A stretch of 64,000 nucleotides of DNA from positions 1 to 64,000 of the forward strand of contig CAWEQH010000004.1 of assembly GCA_963811165.1 (NCBI GenBank), read 5' to 3'. The notes beneath the pieces were generated by a model that made no database searches, had not been told where the DNA came from, and saw nothing but the letters and a program-made list of their open reading frames with translations. Positions within the stretch are counted from its first letter, which is position 1, and the number at the start of each line of letters is the position of its first letter. Of the stretch, positions 61,687 to 64,000 are shown piece after piece. The position numbers and the translations under genes were made by a program. This DNA is from an uncultured Nitrospiraceae bacterium. GTDB taxonomy: Bacteria > Nitrospirota > Thermodesulfovibrionia > Thermodesulfovibrionales > UBA6898.

Positions 61687-62550
61687 ATGAAGAGAATTAT
61701 TATCACTATGGTGGTCTTTAGCGTTTTTTTTGCATTGGTATCATCGCCGGCAATGGCCGATAATGCGGGCCTCGTCAAGATCGACGATTCGATCGAGGTC
61801 CTTGATCAGACTTTGTCTATACCGGAAAGCGGGATCCCGCCTGTATTGCTGCAAAACGCAAGCGGAATTGCGATCATCCCGGGTGTGATAAAGGCCGGTT
61901 TTATCCTCGGAGGGCGATACGGTAAGGGCATCCTCGTCGTGCGTGAAAAAGACGGGAGTTGGTCCAACCCTGTGTTCATCACGATCGCAGGCGGCAGCAT
62001 AGGTTGGCAGATCGGCGTCGAGTCAATCGATATTATCCTCGTTTTTAAGAGCAGCAGAAGCATAGAAGGGATCATGAGAGGCAAGTTTACTCTCGGCGCG
62101 GACGCGAGCGTTGCGGCGGGCCCGGTGGGCAGGCAGGCATCCGCCTCGACAGACGTTCTCCTGAAGTCGGAGATCTACTCTTATTCAAGGAGCAGGGGCC
62201 TCTTTGCCGGACTGGCCCTCGACGGTGCGGGTATCTCGATCAACCATGATGCGAACGAGGCGTTTTACGGCACCGCGCATGCCCTGCCTGCCGACATCAT
62301 CGACAACAGGAATCTCAAAGTACCTCCAGTGGTCGACAGGTTGAAAAAGATACTGAACGAGCACGCCTCCGGCCCCGGAAACCCCCGCGCAGCGGAAAAA
62401 AGCGAGGCCCCTTCGGAGAAGATGGACAAGAAGGAAAATTCGACTGAGTCGGACAAAGGAGAAAGACCGATAATGATGGAGCAGGTAGACTCTGTGGACA
62501 AGCCTGAAAAGGCGGACAATCCGGAAAAGCAGGAAAAAGAGCGTTATTAA
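61687..62550 (+). CDS. Lipid-binding SYLF (Ysc84) domain exported protein
   Basis: Signal peptide; KAGFILGGRYGKG, GGSIGWQIG, DASVAAGPVGR, YSRSRGLFAG. Confidence 0.92.
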   Translation: MKRIIITMVVFSVFFALVSSPAMADNAGLVKIDDSIEVLDQTLSIPESGIPPVLLQNASGIAIIPGVIKAGFILGGRYGKGILVVREKDGSWSNPVFITIAGGSIGWQIGVESIDIILVFKSSRSIEGIMRGKFTLGADASVAAGPVGRQASASTDVLLKSEIYSYSRSRGLFAGLALDGAGISINHDANEAFYGTAHALPADIIDNRNLKVPPVVDRLKKILNEHASGPGNPRAAEKSEAPSEKMDKKENSTESDKGERPIMMEQVDSVDKPEKADNPEKQEKERY

Positions 62551-62556
62551 GAATGT

Positions 62557-63564
62557 TTAAGGGTGGGTCAGCTCCGACGTCTCCGGCACAAGACGCTTAT
62601 ATTCTTCGTAAGTCAGCTGGGAACGCCATTTCCCGGCTGTGATTCCGGCGCCTATGATAAGCGATAACATCAGGACGAGGACAGCGGGATAGAGATACGG
62701 GCCAAATGCCTTTCGTTGTCTCCCTGTCTTAATCGATATTTCGAGCGCCCCCTCGGCAGGACACCTGCTTACGCAGGTCATACAGCCGAAACATTCCGCG
62801 GACTTTACCGCCTCTTGTCTTTCCACGTCTATGAGGGCCGGGCAATGACTCGTACAGGCATGACAATGAACGCAGTTCTTTTCACTCCTTTTTATCTTAA
62901 CCGGACCGAGTTTGCTCAGCAGCCCCAGCAGCGCTCCGTAAGGGCAGAGGTAGCGGCACCAGAAATTCTTGTAAAGCAGCGAAAGACCGCCGGTACCGGC
63001 GAGGAACCATGCGGTGGCAGTCGACATATCGGCAAAAAAATTCATTGTCTTGATATCCGCGATTTTATAGTAGTCCGATAGAAAGAACGCTTTCAGTGTT
63101 GCCGCCGACATCCTGTCCCAGACAATAAACAAAAAAAAGGTCATCACGATATACTTCACAGACCGTAAGAGTAAATCGGCGCCCCTCCACATCCTGAAGT
63201 TCCTCCCGAAGAGCCTCCCGCCGGTCATCCAGAACCACTGGGACAGGGTGCCTACCGGGCATATCCAACCGCAAAACCCCTTTTTCAACAGAAGCGAGAC
63301 GCAGACAATTGCGGTGAACATAATGAGGGCTGATGGATGGACCGGTTCAATGACGCCTGTCGACAGGAAATACTTGAATGACATCAGCCCCGCTATCGGC
63401 AGAAAGGCGTCCACGGAGGAGGGTCTTTCTATAAAGGGGTGCGACGGATTTTCGAAATGCAGGACGAAGTGATAAAACGTGTAGCCTATATGGAGGGTAA
63501 GAAGAAAAAAAACGGCTTGTACGGCATATCGAAGAAATCTGATATTTTTCTTATTTTCCGTCAT
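62557..63564 (-). CDS. Membrane 4Fe-4S binding protein (NapH/MauN-like polyferredoxin)
   Basis: FCGWICP, WCRYLCP and two CxxCxxCxxxCP motifs. Confidence 0.9.
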   Translation of the reverse strand: MTENKKNIRFLRYAVQAVFFLLTLHIGYTFYHFVLHFENPSHPFIERPSSVDAFLPIAGLMSFKYFLSTGVIEPVHPSALIMFTAIVCVSLLLKKGFCGWICPVGTLSQWFWMTGGRLFGRNFRMWRGADLLLRSVKYIVMTFFLFIVWDRMSAATLKAFFLSDYYKIADIKTMNFFADMSTATAWFLAGTGGLSLLYKNFWCRYLCPYGALLGLLSKLGPVKIKRSEKNCVHCHACTSHCPALIDVERQEAVKSAECFGCMTCVSRCPAEGALEISIKTGRQRKAFGPYLYPAVLVLMLSLIIGAGITAGKWRSQLTYEEYKRLVPETSELTHP

Positions 63565-63695
63565 GTGGTTATTATAATAGATGCGCGGTGGTCAAGCGGT
63601 ATGACCGGCATCATGTTATCCAGGCTTTCATTCCCAGGGAAGGCCTCTTCCCTTGATATTTCATCGCCCATTTGTTACTTTCAAGCGAGGACACA

Positions 63696-64000
63696 ATGAA
63701 AGTCATTACCGGTAAATGGACGCAGGAGGAACTGGACCGGATTATCCGAGAGTCTTCGAAAATCGGAGACACCGGAGGCAGGATAGATGTTTTGTCGAAG
63801 GAGTTTCTTGGGACCGATTACCGGGAATATACCCTTATAGGGGACCAAAAGACGCCTGAGGTCTTTGTGGTGGACCTGGAAGGGGTCGATTGCTTCACCT
63901 TCATCGATTATGTGGAGGCGATGAGGATATCCGGCTCCTTTTCCGAATTTATAGCGGGCCTGCAAAAAATCAGATATAGAGAAGGGCGTATTACCTTTGA
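63696..64000 (+). CDS. DUF1460 / N-acetylmuramoyl-L-alanine amidase-like protein (3'-truncated by window edge)
   Basis: Manual translation MKVITGKW...FLGTDY...TLIG...PEVFVVDLEGVDCFTFIDYVEAM; GAGG RBS. Confidence 0.8.
   Translation, partial: MKVITGKWTQEELDRIIRESSKIGDTGGRIDVLSKEFLGTDYREYTLIGDQKTPEVFVVDLEGVDCFTFIDYVEAMRISGSFSEFIAGLQKIRYREGRITF

Overview
A bacterial chromosomal window of moderate GC with several AT-richer inserts. The gene content (LPS, two-subunit Fe-S fumarase, rubrerythrin-like protein, PPi-type PFK, a selenoprotein) suggests an anaerobic Gram-negative such as Nitrospirota or Desulfobacterota; this is inference. Housekeeping parts are a minus-strand LPS/surface-glycan operon headed by msbA (0.2-11.6 kb), HU, USPs, bioF, a SufR-like regulator with ferritin-like and fumarase genes, metK-ahcY, MOSC-mog-ccdA, radA, TPR/ExeA, a PyrR-site-led pyrR-pyrB-pyrC-carA-x-carB operon and pgk-pfk. 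There are three accessory zones. (1) 24-28 kb holds a permuted papain-like amidase, a metallophosphoesterase, a stand-alone DnaJ-type zinc finger and a C1 peptidase, and ends in a foreign-looking 82-bp metK fragment. (2) 45-48.6 kb holds an L,D-transpeptidase, an Lpp/OprI-like lipoprotein and a DpaA-like enzyme, followed by a decayed attC. (3) 54-60 kb holds a canonical-looking integron attC, intact IS3 and IS4 elements with target duplications and an AT-rich P-loop ATPase. Features missing from the ORF track include a dual-CXXC selenoprotein (in-frame UGA plus SECIS-like hairpin) heading a putative redox operon, a 25-aa Lys-rich microprotein with its own promoter and terminator, nested REP-like repeats and five apparent single-base frameshifts. 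All calls come from reading motifs by eye; no database searches were run.
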